DNA from: the human T2T-CHM13v2.0 reference genome, Homo sapiens
Reading direction: 5' to 3' (one strand)
Assembly (NCBI RefSeq): GCF_009914755.1
Contig: NC_060930.1
Length of the DNA stretch: 64,000 bases
The notes under the pieces: generated by a model
What the model was told of the DNA's origin: nothing
Seen by the model: the letters and a program-made list of their open reading frames with translations, nothing else
Database searches by the model: none
Program-made: the position numbers and the translations under genes
Shown: one piece after another, positions 1 to 16,910 of the stretch
Layout: the number at the start of each line of letters is the position of its first letter
Position numbering within the stretch: the first letter of the stretch is position 1

Positions 1-1350
<1,350 letters not shown>

Positions 1351-1829
1351 TCTGATATTATTTCTTGTTAATGTCAAGAAATTCTATGTGAAAGAATCTT
1401 TGGTTGAGAAGGGGTGGATTATTTGTCTTGCTGTCACTTCATTTTCCTCTCTATCCAAAAGCATTGATCTTAAACTATGCCTGTATAAGATTAGCAACCT
1501 GTACAGCTTGTATGAACAGCTTAGTTCAGTGATAAATGGTCAGAAATGCTTCAGATATTTAGGATGTCTGTAAAAACCTGAGTTGAGTTTATGTTTTTAT
1601 GTCAAATTTACATTCACATAAGGGATATCTTTGATAAGTTCGTCCAATTACTTAGTTTATGATATTAATGAAGGAAAAGATCTTAAAATCCACCCTGAGA
1701 CTGAATGGCTGGCTGTGCTGTAAACACTGCCCCATACCTCGCCAACCAGTTCACAAATAATGACTTTGGCATAAACGGATCATCATCTGAAATACTTCAT
1801 AGTGTAGAGACAAAGGACAGCATTTCAAG

Positions 1830-2055
1830 AAGACATCCCTAAGTTTAAATCCCAGTTCTGCTACCTACAAGCTATGTGATCTTAGTTAAGCTGAAACTCT
1901 CTGAGACTCAGTTTGCACACTTGTAAAACTGTGTAATTGTAATGCTATCTACCCCAGCTATTATTGTAGGGATTAAATTGTATGAGATAACATATACTGA
2001 GCATCTGGTATATGCCTGGCACATAACAGTCTCAATAAATGATAGCTATATTTTC
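1830..2055 (+). mobile_element. MIR SINE
   Basis: MIR core (aaatcccagttctgctacct...tgtgatctt...ctctctgagactcagttt...tgtaaaa) and 3' end (gcctggcacataacagtctcaataaatgatagctat). Confidence 0.75.
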
Positions 2056-3589
2056 ACTACTACATGTGGCTTCATTTTTAATCCAAGGATCAAAATATTA
2101 TTGCTAACTTGGACTCAGCCAGAGGTTCTCCCTATTAAAAAGAATGAATATTTTTGATTGGTTGACTAGTTAACTTAATCATTTAGGCTTTCCAAAAGAT
2201 GAATTCATATCCCCACATCACAAATATAATTACATTATGGAGTCTCTAAATTTAATGTCAAATATATTCACTTTAGTGATTGCCTAAAGTAGTCAGGAAA
2301 GTTACTATACTTATTTTTTTGAAACTGTCCACTGTCTTTTTGATAGGAGAGCAAATAAAAATAATTAAATACATAATGACTGATGTTAAAAATGGAATGA
2401 AAATCTCTGTCTTTGATATAGTATTCTATAAAAAAATTTGTGTGTGTGATGAACAAAGAATAAAGTTATTAAAATTCAACACAAGTTATGCCAAGTGAAG
2501 TTTACATTTTGTATTTTTAGGGAAGTATTAGAACATAATCAGTGGACACAAGTCAAATGGCTAATATAAATTCTCTTAGAGAAGTAGTAAAATTTATCTT
2601 CAGAAAAGCTCATTTTGGAGGTTAATTTGCATTTGTAAATGACTCTTTTTGCTCAAGCATGATTTTCTCATTATTGAAACCACTAAGTTGTGACGAACTG
2701 GAAGGGCTGATATTTATGAAACTCCCATAGACATCGGTATGTGCTATCCCCTTAATGAGAGTAGAGCTTTTTTGGTGTGGAGGTAGAAGTTTGGCATCTA
2801 ATTATTTAAAAATTAGCAAATCCTCACTAAACAGATGCTTTTCTATTTTTTTGTTGACTTGTGTGAGATGCCAAACAACTCTATTCTTTGCCTAGAAGAT
2901 TAAAATTTTCAATCTGATTTTTATTGCAGGCTTAATTTTAATGTACAATCATCCATGTAAATAAATCCTAGAGACTAGTGGTGTTCAAAATAATTAAAAA
3001 GATGTAGAAGAAAATATATTCACACTTAGTACTAGAGTAATAAAATAGTAAGCCTAAGGCACTTTGTGTGGCTCTACAACCTATGTTAATTTCACCTACA
3101 GTCCACTGTGGATGACTTTTAAAGACTTGGCAGTAATAGACAAACAGATATACATATACATATATTTCAGGATGAATATAAAAATGATAAAAATAGATGG
3201 AATTCTCATACTTTCAAGTGTATTTATACCTAAATCTATCTAAATCAGAGTAGTCATAGCCTTTGTACTGAGCTTTTATGAGTGAAATTGCTGGTGTTAG
3301 AAATTTAAACAGATCCAGTAAATGGTACCCCTCTTCTCCACATGAATTTGGAACTATATAAAAGGCAGACAGAGTAGGGAATGTGAGATTAAATTTCACC
3401 TTTATTACTGATAAAGTGGTTATTGAAGTTGATTGCCTATATCTATAGGATACTGGGGTTTCCAAATGTGAATTCCAGAATTTGGCCTCCTAATCATGGC
3501 AGCACTAGACCACTAGAGAAAGAGAAGGAACTGGGCTTTGCATGCCCAGTTTTTTTCCTACAAATTCACCGATCTAATAAGGTATTCCA

Positions 3590-5690
3590 TCCATCTATGT
3601 TTTGCTCATTGTTGTATGTCTGGCGCCTAGAACACAGCTTGGCACCAAATAGATGTATAATAAACTAATAAATGAGAAAATGATTTTAAAAGGCTAAAAG
3701 AGTAGGTACAAACCAGGTTGTGAAGGCTTAGTATCTTTTACTGTGGTTTCAGACGGTTTTCTGTAGGCAATGGGGAGCTCACTAAAGGTATGTACATAGT
3801 GGGGAATGTGGACAAGTTTGCCTTTTAGAAAGACTGCTTCAGCTGCTGTTTGGAAATTGGATCTAAGTCCAGCAAGAATATTGGAAATTAGACCAAATTA
3901 GGAGGTTATTTCAAATAGTACAATCACTGATATAAAATTTTATTATAATTTATCCACAGGTTCCCTATTTTGTCAGTAAGGAAGTAAACAACCGCTAAAA
4001 CAACCCTCTAACAACAGAAGACCCTCATGAGAACACCAGGCAGCAGAAGCTTCTTTAGCAGTAAAAGATATCTGGATATTCATATTTTGTTCCATGATCT
4101 TCAACATTAAATAAATAAACTTAATATTCAAGTCTCCTTCTGCATTCCTAGAAGAGGATGTTATTCAGATATCCAATGCCCTGCAATACTGTCAGTGCAG
4201 CTCAACAAAGTCAATTCTGTTAGCATCAAGAATGCTCCTGACTGAATGAGGACAAATCCCATCTTTATTATCAATAACACTTTAGATATGGAAAAGTGAT
4301 ACTATTCAGGAAAATAAGGAGAGCAGAGGTTTGCTGCCATAAAAATCCCCATGCTTGTTACTCTAGCTTTTACCACCCTAATTTTGCTTCATTTCCCCTA
4401 GCCTTAACTCAGTTACATTTCTTAAATTATTGTTCAGAATCATCTGTCCTTTCCACTGTCATGTAAGCTTCATGAAAATAGACTTCACCTTTTGTTCACA
4501 GCTGTCTCAGCACCTTTAGCAGTGCCTTATAGGAGGTGTTCAGTAAATACCGTTGAATGAAAAATGAATTAAGCAAAGAGGCAGAGCAGGGTGCAGGCTG
4601 ACTTAAGCTGTGACCTGAGCCATTTCCCTTAAGTTCTCTTTTTTATAATTTCCCTTTTCAATGGATATATATCCTCAGACATGGGGCAAATTGGCTACAG
4701 CAGTTTCTTACTGGCAACATTGAGGGGAAGATAGAGGTGCTTCCAGAATCACTCCCATAGGAGCAAAAAAGTTTCCTGGAGGTGCCCAGTAGACCTTGAC
4801 AGGAGCCCTTCCAGTGAAGTGATTTGGGTTAAACGAATGGAAAGAGTGAATGTTAATAAGAAAAAAAAGCTAATGGAGAAAACTCTAATGATGAGTTTTG
4901 CTGAAAAACAAACCAGAAAAATTTAGCTGGGAGGAGGATTTGGAGTCAATAAGGGTGGTGGTATTTTTCTTCATTGTGAAAAAAACAGTGCATTTTTATA
5001 CTACTGGAAAGAACATCAGGTAATTTTAGAAGGAAAAGCAGATAATTTCAGGAGCAAAGTCCTTGAACAGGCAAGAGAGGATACAATCCAATAAATAAAT
5101 GGAAGTGGTAGTCATCCCTAACAATAAGAAGAAAGCAGAATTTATGGCTACATAAATGAATACGTACCAGATTTGCTGGTGGGAAGATGAGCTAGTCTTT
5201 TCTGATTGCTTCTACTTTCCCAGTGAAATAAAAACCAAGGTCATCAGCTGAAGTGGGGAATGGAGGAGAGGATATTGGAGACTAGAAGAAGAGAAGAAAT
5301 TATTAAGTTGTTATGAGAAAGTGTGAATTTTCTAGAACTGCTGAGCAACACTGAAGTCCTGCTTTTGAAATTTTGGTCATAAATTTAAAGTATGACTAGT
5401 CAGCTAGGTGTGGTAAGCCATGGAGTAGGCAAAAAATTGGGTTAATTTGGACCTATGTTTTGAGTTTAGTATGTGTTGAAAGAAACTAAGGAAATGGTGC
5501 ATGTTTGCAAAGGAGAGAGTATGGTGATGGACCATGGACTCTAAGCCAGGAAGAGCAGACGTGAGAATATGAAGGGGGTGATGGGCAGCATAAATTAGTG
5601 AGATCAATAGACTCCATGTGCCGTCAAATTAAAGAATTGTAAGTATGTTCCAGAGTAATAAGGCTGGATAGAGAGGAGAGAATTATGTAG
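3590..5690. mobile_element. Cluster of degraded L2 fragments in both orientations
   Basis: L2 3'-end motifs at about 3620-3670 and 4460-4570 (gtaagcttcatga...tgttcacagctgtc...cagtaaataccgttgaatga). Purine-rich antisense L2-like body at 3700-3920 and 4780-5690. Confidence 0.5.
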
Positions 5691-6387
5691 CTGGGATCTA
5701 TCATGCCCGGGCTTCTTTGTATGAGAAACAGAACACTTGCTACTAATTTTAAATATTTCCATTTTCAATTCAATAACTTATGTCTGTTAAATTTTTTAAT
5801 GTAAACATTTAAACACTACTTACACAACTAACAAATTATTAATAAATCAAAATGTGTTAATTTTATAAATAAGTTTATCTTAAACATTTAGATGTGGATT
5901 TCAAACACAAATATCCTTAAATATTAGGGAAAAACATGATGTAACATATTAAATTTCTTAAGTGCTTTTACTATCTTAAACATATACACCAATTATTTCA
6001 ATGATAAACATTTATTATTTCATATGCTACTTCAAAGTTACAAAATTTGGGGTTTGTTTCATCTCTTTATTATACTGTACTTCTTTCTCTACCTCTTTAA
6101 GGTGTCATTAACCACATCAGGTCCAAAACAAAAAAGGATGTTTCAGACCAGCTGAGATTTTCATTTCTGAGCTACTGAATATTTGATTCTTGGCTGGGCT
6201 AGAGAAGTGTCAAGCAGTCAAGCATTCCCAAAGCAGCAGCACAGTGGCTAACAGGGCCACAAATATTACTACTACACCTGTTAGCTTGGCTTGCCACATA
6301 CCTCCGTAGCTTCAGCTGGTAAAAAAAAAACTACAATGAGCCCAGATGGAGTCAGAAAGCAAAAGCAAGTGGCATAGTGTTGGCTCC

Positions 6388-6417
6388 CTGCATCCCTTGT
6401 ACCACAAGATGGCACCA
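6388..6417 (+). promoter_or_regulatory. Candidate CTCF site
   Basis: ACCACAAGATGGCACCA (6401-6417) fits the CTCF core, preceded by CTGCATCCC, which resembles the CTCF upstream motif. Motif evidence only. Confidence 0.45.
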
Positions 6418-7587
6418 AACCAGAGAGGCCAGATGACTAACTGTATGAGCGGTGAGCCGCTCTGTTGTAGACGAGCCAACTCTAAACTACAACCAAGCAG
6501 TTTTATAGACTTAACAGAAGCCTGCAGCTGTACCTGCAGCTGTAAGGGAGCGTCAAGATGAAAGTTGTGTGCTCAACTGAAACTAGGGAGATGGATAACA
6601 AACAGCCATGTAGCAATCTCCTGCAAGATGGGGATAAGAAACTCTTCTGGCGGCTCCTCACCAGACTTATTACCCCTTGCTCTATGAAAAATGGCACGAC
6701 ATACTGCCAAGACTGGTCAGACTGCAGTCTACATAACTTATGTGGAAAAATTCAAGGTCACCAAGGCATTATGGTAGAGCCATTTCCTGCAAGGACCTGG
6801 TTGTTACCTCAAACTGAAGCCTGTGGTAGTCAATGTTCAGTTGCCACTTGCATGGGACACTGTAAACCAGATCTCTCCTTGACATCTGATGATGTTTTTT
6901 CACTCCCATTGAGTATTTTTTGCAGATGTTCTTCCTCCTTCACTGTTTACTTTGTTGGTCATTTTTACTATTTCATTATTAATAGCAGGGAGATCCCAAG
7001 GATAAGGAGGTAATTTGGTGCAATGAGAATGTCTTTCAGGACATTGGGCTAATCCATTATTTGACCTCTCGTTGTTTCCTCTTCTTCTAACTAGTTATTT
7101 TGAGTGACTTCTAGATCAAATCTTTCCTTCCAGTTCTTTGCATAGTTTCTAATGTTTATGATTTTCACCTGTTTACAACATTTGTTTCTTACACAGACAG
7201 AGGCAAATGCATATTTACTGGTTGACACATATGAAATTGTCATTTTTGTAACTCAAAATGGCCAAATGTTGGTAACTTCAAGTTTTAATAATATATTTCA
7301 TAGAGAAGCATATAAGTATAGAAAAAATAACATCCATAGAAAGGCCTGAAATTTATTAAAATTAAGTTAAAAAGGCAGTCATGCCCTATTCTTGCCACTT
7401 TTCTTTTTTATTGTAACTATTCTAAAAAATACACTTTATATTAACTTTTCCTTTTATGAAATTTATTATAAACTAGTTGTTTTTCATAGACTCAACTTGC
7501 TCCAAACACTAATATTTATTTTGGTATTCAAATTGTGGAAACACCTTTCAAGTTCAACTTTAAGAAGCTCCTTTGTTATTTAAGCAC

Positions 7588-7898
7588 TTTTTTTTTTTTT
7601 TGAGACAGAGACTCGCACTGTTGCCCGGGCTGGAGTTTTGTGGTGTGATCTCGGCTCACTGCAACCTCCGCCTCCCAGGTTCAAGCAATTCTCCTTGCCT
7701 CAGCCTCCCAAGTAGCTGGGATTACAGGCACCTGCCACCACGCGCGGCTAATTTTTTTTTTCTTTTTCTTTGGTATTTTTAGTAGAGATGGGGTTTCACT
7801 ATGTTGGCCAGGCTGGTCTCGAACTCCTGGCCTCGTGATCTGCCCACCTTGGCCTCCCAAAGTGCTGGGACCACAGGCGTGAGCCACCGCGCCCAGCC
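7588..7898 (-). mobile_element. AluS SINE, full length
   Basis: Poly-T followed by an antisense Alu dimer. TSD tatttaagcactttt at 7577-7591 and 7899-7913. Confidence 0.96.
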
Positions 7899-8219
7899 TA
7901 TTTAAGCACTTTTAAAAAAAGTATTCTTGACTTTTCAAAACAACAATGTATTACAGACCCATCTGGATATATGCCTCATTCAAAACACAGATTCAGCCGC
8001 TGTCACACTCACCTGGTTCCTTTGGAGGGAGAATGGTATTGGAGACTAAAATCTGAGAACTAAAATGCATATCAGATTATTATAAGTGAAAACCATTAGT
8101 GGGAAAAATGCTTCTGTTGTGAAGATATTATTTAAACTTTTAAACCCTTTTTTCTATACATCAATTGTCCACTTCTTTGGTGACAATGAGATAACTTGAC
8201 ATTAAGATGTCTGACATCT

Positions 8220-8500
8220 TAATGACTGTCTGATAGTGCCCACTGATATAGCACATTACAGGATGTGACTATAAGAAATGGTGGCTGAGGTGAGATGGAG
8301 GGCGAGATCCTTGAGAGTGAGGATTTTGAGGAACTGAGCGTCCAGGGATGAATAGATAATTTGTGCAACATCATCAAGAATGATGATGAAATTAGCAGTA
8401 GAGAAGATGGTAAACCAGGAGATAAAATCTTCAGTGAGTTAAGAGGAGTGACTGAAGTTCTGTAGATGACTGTAACAAGATGGAATAGTGAGTTATATTC
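8220..8500 (-). mobile_element. L2 fragment
   Basis: Purine-rich antisense L2-like sequence (gaggaactgag...catcaagaatgatgat...agataaaatcttcagtgagt). Confidence 0.45.
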
Positions 8501-8662
8501 ATATATAATGCACATCATAGGTCTTTGAGGAAGGAGGAAAAAGAGTTGATCTAAGAGAATACTTACATATCATATTACCAATATGATAGGTGAAATGATA
8601 TTTGTGCTTATATTCATTTCTTTGATTAATAATGAAGCTTAAAATATGCATTTGAATTTTAA

Positions 8663-9815
<1,153 letters not shown>

Positions 9816-9919
9816 GGGCAAAAATTAATTCCACTGAAATTCACCTAGTCATTCACTTAAACATCCAATAATTTTTTTGGAAATTGACTAAGTGTTTTAT
9901 CTAGAATAATATATTAGAA

Positions 9920-10426
9920 CAGGGGTCCCCAACCCTGTACCAGTCCATAGAACTGGGCCACACAGCAGGAGGTGAGCGGCGGACCCAGTGAGCAAAGCTT
10001 CATCTATATTTACAGCTGCTCTCCACCACTCATGTTAGCCTGAGCTCCGCCTTCTGTCAGATCAGCAGCAGCACTGGATTATCATAGAAGCACAAACCGT
10101 ATCGTGAATTGCGCACTCAAGGGATCTAGGTTGCATGCTCCTTATGAGAATCTAATGCCTGATGATCTGTCAGGGTCTCCTATAACCCCCAGATGAGACC
10201 ATCTAGCTGCAGGAAAACAAGCTCAGGATTCCCACTGATTCTATATTATGGTGAGTTCTATAATTATTTCATTATATATTACAATGTCAAACAATAGAAA
10301 CAAAGTGCACAATAAATGTAATACACTTGAATCATCCCAAAACCATCCCCCACTCCACCTACGGTCCGTGGAAAAATTGTCTTCTGTGAAACCAGTCCCT
10401 GGTGCCAAAAAGGCTGGGGATCACTG
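9920..10426 (+). mobile_element. MER1A (hAT-Charlie) DNA transposon
   Basis: Terminal inverted repeats caggggtccccaacc / ggctggggatcactg. Perfect 8-bp TSD tattagaa at 9912-9919 and 10427-10434. Confidence 0.9.
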
Positions 10427-10489
10427 TATTAGAAGGGGAACTAAAAATATTCTTTAAGTGTAATAAAATTTCTCTACTCACTAGCTATT

Positions 10490-11690
10490 AAGATATATCA
10501 AAAAGCTATAGTTGATATTACCACTATAGACAGAGACAGGCCAATTATTCTAGAGAAATTACAAAAAGATAACCGTGTGTATATAAAAATTTTGCCTAAA
10601 ATAAGACGGGTATTTTAACTAACTGAGCAAAATAATGATTTTTTCAACAAAGGATATTGGGACAATATTTTAGCCACTGGAAAAAAAAATTAATCCCTAT
10701 CTCCATCCTCATACAGAAATCAATCCCTTATGAATCACAAAATTTAAATGCAAAAAGTAACATAATAAAATTATTAGAATTGAGTATTTTTCTAAGCATG
10801 TTATGACATAAAAGCTATAAGTGTAAAATTGACTACATAAAACTTTGACTATATAAGCTACAAATTTTCACAATTAAAGAATACTATACACAAAACTGAA
10901 AGATAAGTAAAAAATTCAGGAGATTATTTTAATTAAATATGGCAGACAAAATTGACCATCCTAATATGTATTTTTAAAAATATGATCTTTAAAATCAATA
11001 ATAGAAAAGAAGATGACTAAGGACATAATATACTGACAATTCACAAAAGATTAAAAATTCACATTAATATTTTAAGCTTTACTATTAACCAAAGAAACAT
11101 AAAGCAATTAAATATCATTTTCACTAAGGTGGACAACAATGAAAAAGTTGATGAAACTTGGTGTTTGCAACAGTAAACAGTGTTAGCAAAGTAAATGAAG
11201 TAGATCATGCATTGTTTTGGGAGTAAACTGAAAAAGCTCTTCTGGGGGGCAGTTAAGTAATATGTATCAAAAATATAAATGAATAGTCTTTTTGTCTCAG
11301 AAACACCACACCTAATAATTTATCTTCAAGAGACAATTGCACCAATCTGTCAATATGTATACTGAAAGTTGTTTATGGAAGTTTTATTTATAATAACAAA
11401 ACATTACAAACATTGTATATCCATCAGCCTAAATGTACATACATCCAATATAATTCTATGCAGTCATTTAAACGTATTTTTGACATTAAACACTCATAAT
11501 ATATTGTGGAATGAAAATATATTGCATAATACGATCCTACATATGAAACTTGGAAACACAATTTTATATGTGCTTATGTATGCACAGAGATGGAAGGATG
11601 CATACAAACAAGCTAAAAGTGGTTGAGTGGAAAGCTGCCAAGTGATTTTTAACTTTTGTCATTTTCCTTTTTGATCTTTTTATTAAACAG
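10490..11690 (+). mobile_element. Old L1ME-like ORF2 3' end/3' UTR
   Basis: A-rich, with L1 motifs (ttttcaacaaaggatattgggacaat; ctctatctccatcctcatacagaaatcaat; gttttatttataataacaaaa). Confidence 0.6.
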
Positions 11691-13759
11691 TAAATAATTG
11701 TAATCTTTACAGTGAGCAAAGCAATACATTATTTTCATTTCAAGTAAAAATGCAGCTGTATTAAAATATTTTTAACTTCTTTTGGCAGATGTTCAAAGGC
11801 ATAGAAACAATTTGAGGACTGGTAACATCTCTATTGGGTCATTTATGCCACTTCCTGGGTTAGTATATATTCAATTCCTATGGCTTTCAAAGAAAATATG
11901 ACCTGTCATAAACACCAAATGTACAGAGGCAGGATAGATTCTCCAATATCTGCCATGAAAGAGCATCAAAAATAGATTCTGATTTGCCTGTCACTATCAT
12001 GAAAAGTAAAATGGAAAGATTACTTGGTGTTTAACTTCAGACATCTGATATCAATTGGGCAGAATCCATCTTTCAGTTTAGAGTCGTTATCCCTCAGCCT
12101 GCTTTCAGGCCTAATCCCTTTTAAAAAATCTTAACAGTTTCCAGAGTTTGGTCTTTTTCCAATTTTCAGGACGTAAGCCTTTGGGAAAACTTTAGATCTA
12201 ATCTTCCCTTACTGCCTTTCCCTTTCCTAAAAGAACAGAGTATTTCTTCACATGTTGGATTTTTGTGGTTATCATTTATCACTTTAGGCTTTCAACCACA
12301 AGTTCACCCATTATTTTGTAGACTTCTTAGTCTTTGTTGCAGTGTATAGGAGCATTCTTAAAATAGTTTTCTAGACTAGGACAACCTAAAAAGTAACATA
12401 AAAAGCTTTGGAATTATTAAAAATGATCCAATGATAAACTCCAGTGATGTAAATAAAAACAAAGCATTATATACGAGAGACATGGTTCTTTGAGCAATGA
12501 GTCATGTTATAAAATATTGCATTCATGCTATATGAGAGGTGAGCTGTGTTTAGACCAAGGAAAAGTAATAGGCATACCCTGATTGATTTTAACAAGCCTT
12601 TAGATTCTCCTTCACCACCACCACCTACTCACCTCTTGGCAGTTTTGTCTATAAGCTAAAAAGATTAAGTCTGGACCTACCCACTGGTAGTGGGTGCATA
12701 ACAAGCTGAAAGATTACCCATTAAGAATTGCTCCTCAGGAGCCTCTCAAGGGCTGATTTCATTTAATAGCTCTGACCTGGATAAAGAAATTGAGATTTCA
12801 TCACATTTGCTCATGACACTAAATTAGCTGGGGCACATAACACCTTCTAGAATTTCCTTGATATATTTGAGAATGGCTTATAGACCATGTTGCAAAACAG
12901 TTCATTTAGGGACTAACTTAGGCCGCTCTGGGATGGAGAAAATCCACACATATGCAGCCAAGTTCTGAGAGTCTTATCAATCACCGTGAGCACTAGGCAA
13001 GAATGCAGCCTTTATGAAAAATACAAGATAAAATTTCAACATATCCAGAAAATCATTCATCCTTGATTCTTGGCACTGGTTTCTATATTCTCTTTTCAGT
13101 GCAGGAATGAGAGTGAATCTGGGCAGGGGATTCAAGTTGATTTAAAAATGAGAGAAATAGATCCTTTGAGAAGAAGCTAATAATCTTGCTTTACTTGCAT
13201 TAAAGACTGAGAAGATAATATCTTTGGGAGACACTCACTGTATCAACAGAATTTGGCTAGAAAAAAATTAAGCTAAACAAACACTGGAATGGACCAAAAA
13301 GAATTATTGAAGTATTTTTGTCCTTTGAGATCAATTAAATGAAGAGAAGTGGTCATTTGTTTGGAAGTAACAAGGTGAATTGCAATCCTTTTGAAGTTCA
13401 TTGCCTGCTCAGAGATTCTAGCAAATAACTTACTGTGTGTAAGATTGAAAAATGCAAGGAATTTTGAAAATGTAATACACATTAAATTATTTCAATAGAT
13501 AGCATTCTTTTGTCAAAACATTGGGTTCAATTAATATCTCTCAATCACCAGTGATATTCAAGACACTATATTATTGATTTTTTGATACAAAAATTTGTTA
13601 CATTCATTGTAACTTCCTTAAAGAAACTTAAAATTTAAAAAAGAGCATAGAATATATATATGCTAATGTATCAAAGCAAGTGTGATAAGTACCTTATCAC
13701 AAGATAATACCAAATAGTACTACAGTTTAATAAAAGACCAACTTCTTAAATTATAATCA

Positions 13760-13935
13760 TGAACTAATAGCAAATGCTTGCATAACACTTACCATGTTTC
13801 AGTCATTGTTCTAAGACCTTTCCATAGAGTAGCTTATGTAATATTCATAACAACCCCATAAAGTAGTTATTGTTTGTACCCATTTTATAAATGAGGAATC
13901 TGAGGCATGGAAAGTGAAGTAACTTAACCATTCTT
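13760..13935 (-). mobile_element. MIR SINE
   Basis: cataacaaccccataaagtag...cccattttataaatgaggaatctgaggcatgg...gaagtaactt. Confidence 0.75.
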
Positions 13936-14263
13936 ATACAGCTCTCTGATAATTAAAACTCAGAGAGCAGTTGGTCAATCTAGAAAACTGGCAGAAATTT
14001 TGACCAGCAAAGTTGGAATAAGATTAAAGAAAGGAAAGAGGACTCTGACAGAGCTCATCAAGAAAAGAGGGTGATGTTAAGAAGTGTGTATTAGGAAATG
14101 AGTGGTTCTAGTTGTCTAGGAATGGTGTTCTTATTATGTGAGACTGAAAAGAGACACTGGGCTAGATGGTGGTGGGTCTTGGATGTGAGAGCAAAGGGTT
14201 TAGACTTAATTAAGTAGTCACTGAAAAAGCAAAGAAGCTTTTAAAAAAGAGGCACTTTAGTAA

Positions 14264-14587
<324 letters not shown>

Positions 14588-16337
14588 TTAAGGAAGACAA
14601 ATTTGTGACAGAATGAGAGAAGTGGAAAAATCAGAAAGTTAAAAGTTACTGATAATCTATAATTAAAATTATGGAAATTTACTAATTCCAGAAGCACTTG
14701 GGTATTTTTTATGATTTTGTAATCAAGAATTAGCGGTATGGAATAACACGTGCAATAACATTCTATTGACAGAACATTATTCCAGGAATGAAAAAAATTG
14801 GGTTTCTTCTGGCATTTTAAACCTAACTAATTTATAGTAGATGCTTGGAGACTTGTGTTGTGAAAGACTGTGAGGCCACCTCCAATGACAGGAAAGAGTG
14901 GAGAGTGCCCAAGTAAATGTCAGTGATGTTTCATCTGCACTCTTTGCCTTAATGCCTAAAGTTGTGATGGGTATGGAAGATTTATGTATCATTTTACCAA
15001 AGTTGTGCTCATGTTAAAGTTAATCCAAATAAAACATAGTACATAGAAAGATGACTGACTATACTGAGAATATTACCAAAAAATGTACCCAGAGAACTGG
15101 ATTTGAATTGAACCTTGTTGTTTACTATTTGAATGTCTAGAGTAGGGCACTTAGCCTCCTGAACTGCAACAGTTGTTTTATGAATTATCTCAAGTAGGAA
15201 CTACATAAAGCTCTTTGTAAACTGTAAAACACTGGTGAAGTAAAAGCTTTAGATAGTAATTTACCATATTAATTTATATATTGTCAAAATTTAAATTTGT
15301 GTATTTTTGAGAATTTTGCTTGTTGATAGCATGCTAGGCTTAAGCATACTAGGTTTTTCAGCTTTAAGCTTCTTTTTTGCAGAATTGGGTGTTATGGAAG
15401 AAAAATCTATCTTTTTTTGATGGGTAAACTATACAATCCCATAATTAAAAACTACATCCTTCATAAACCCAATGCCTTGTCATAGATCAGGTGGCACTCT
15501 CTAGCTAAAAAGTGGACATAGGCAATACACTATTATTTGTCCAATAGAAACTCTCTTTTTTAGGTTCAAAAGAGCTTTTGTTAATTAAATATTTGAGACT
15601 ACCTGTGCAATACCAATACCATTGGTAGATCTTTTAGTTTTTTTAAAAAAAATCAATTTATAAAAAATCAATTTTGTGGGAAGAAAATACTAAGTTGATC
15701 TGCCAATTGAATAACATTTAGACTAGTAACCCCTGTTAGGCAAGTCCCAAGTTTACCAAATTATCTTAGTCCCAATATAAACAAAGTTGTAATTGCTTCA
15801 CTTAGTACCTTAGCACTTGTGTAGTTATGAAAAACATCATTTAATAGCAGCAGTGAGGAGAGCAGAGGGAATTAGCTGTTCCCATGATGCCATATTTGGC
15901 TTACCTGATGAAATACAAAGACATAATCCAAGTTCTAGCAGCAAATAAAATATTTAACTGCCAAGCATGACTCATAGCTTCCACATCTTTAATGACTATT
16001 TGAAACATCAGTAGTAAGACTCTATTTTTAGGAGCTAACAAATGTTAAATAATTGTGGTTTGCATTATTTTCTAGAGGAAAAGGCTTGAAAATATACCTT
16101 CTAATTCTAGTATATTTTACCCGTGTCTGCACATAAAAGGTTTGATAGGATTTAGCCAGAGAGCAGAAGCAGAATAACAAGACCAGTAAGTTTCTATCTG
16201 TAAGCATTTTGTTGCTAAGATTCCAATAGTTGAATGGAGTCTCTGGTTCATTATTGGATTTACGGAGCTTTAGTGTGGTAGATATACAGCCTAAAAAGTA
16301 TAGAAATTATAAATTATTATTAAAACCTAGATATGCA

Positions 16338-16600
16338 CCTGCCTTGGCCTCCCAAAGTGCTGGGATTATGGGCGTGAGCCACCGCACCCAGCAAAACCCG
16401 GTCTCTACTACAAATACAAAAATTAACCAGGCACAGTGGCACGCGCCTGTAGTCCCAGCTACTCAGGAGGCTGAGGCAGGAGAAACACTTGAACCTGGGA
16501 GGCAGAGGTTGCGGTGAGCCAAGATCAAGCCACTGCATTCCAGCCTGGGCGACAGAGCAAGACTCTGTCGCAAAAAAAACAAAAACCATAACAACAACAA
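16338..16600 (+). mobile_element. AluS SINE with an inverted 5' segment and an internal deletion
   Basis: 16338-16392 is Alu nt ~2-56 antisense. 16393-16600 is Alu nt ~104 to the end, sense, with A-rich tail. Perfect TSD aaaacctagatatgca at 16322-16337 and 16601-16616. Confidence 0.92.
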
Positions 16601-16910
16601 AAAACCTAGATATGCAAAGTCTCCTAGTCACATAATGATAGTATTCACTTATAACCATATTTCCTTTTCATAAATAGCAATCTAATCTTCATGTTGAATG
16701 ACTGAATGTTTCATTACATGTAAATTTTATTTTATTATATGATCCCTTATTGTTGGTTGCTTAGGTCCAACTTTGAGAGATGGTAACTGTCCTGTACGCA
16801 CAGTTTTACATCCATCCATTTCTGGGCCCAGTTGTGCTCTGACCAGTAGAGTATGTATGATTGTTTACACAGCAACTCCAACTCTACATGTAACCATTCT
16901 TTTAAAAATC

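Noticed and set aside
6558-7013. 151-aa Cys-rich ORF
   Set aside because: No recognisable domain or homology, overlapping ORFs in other frames, and a length compatible with chance. It could lie in a lncRNA exon, but the sequence alone cannot show that.
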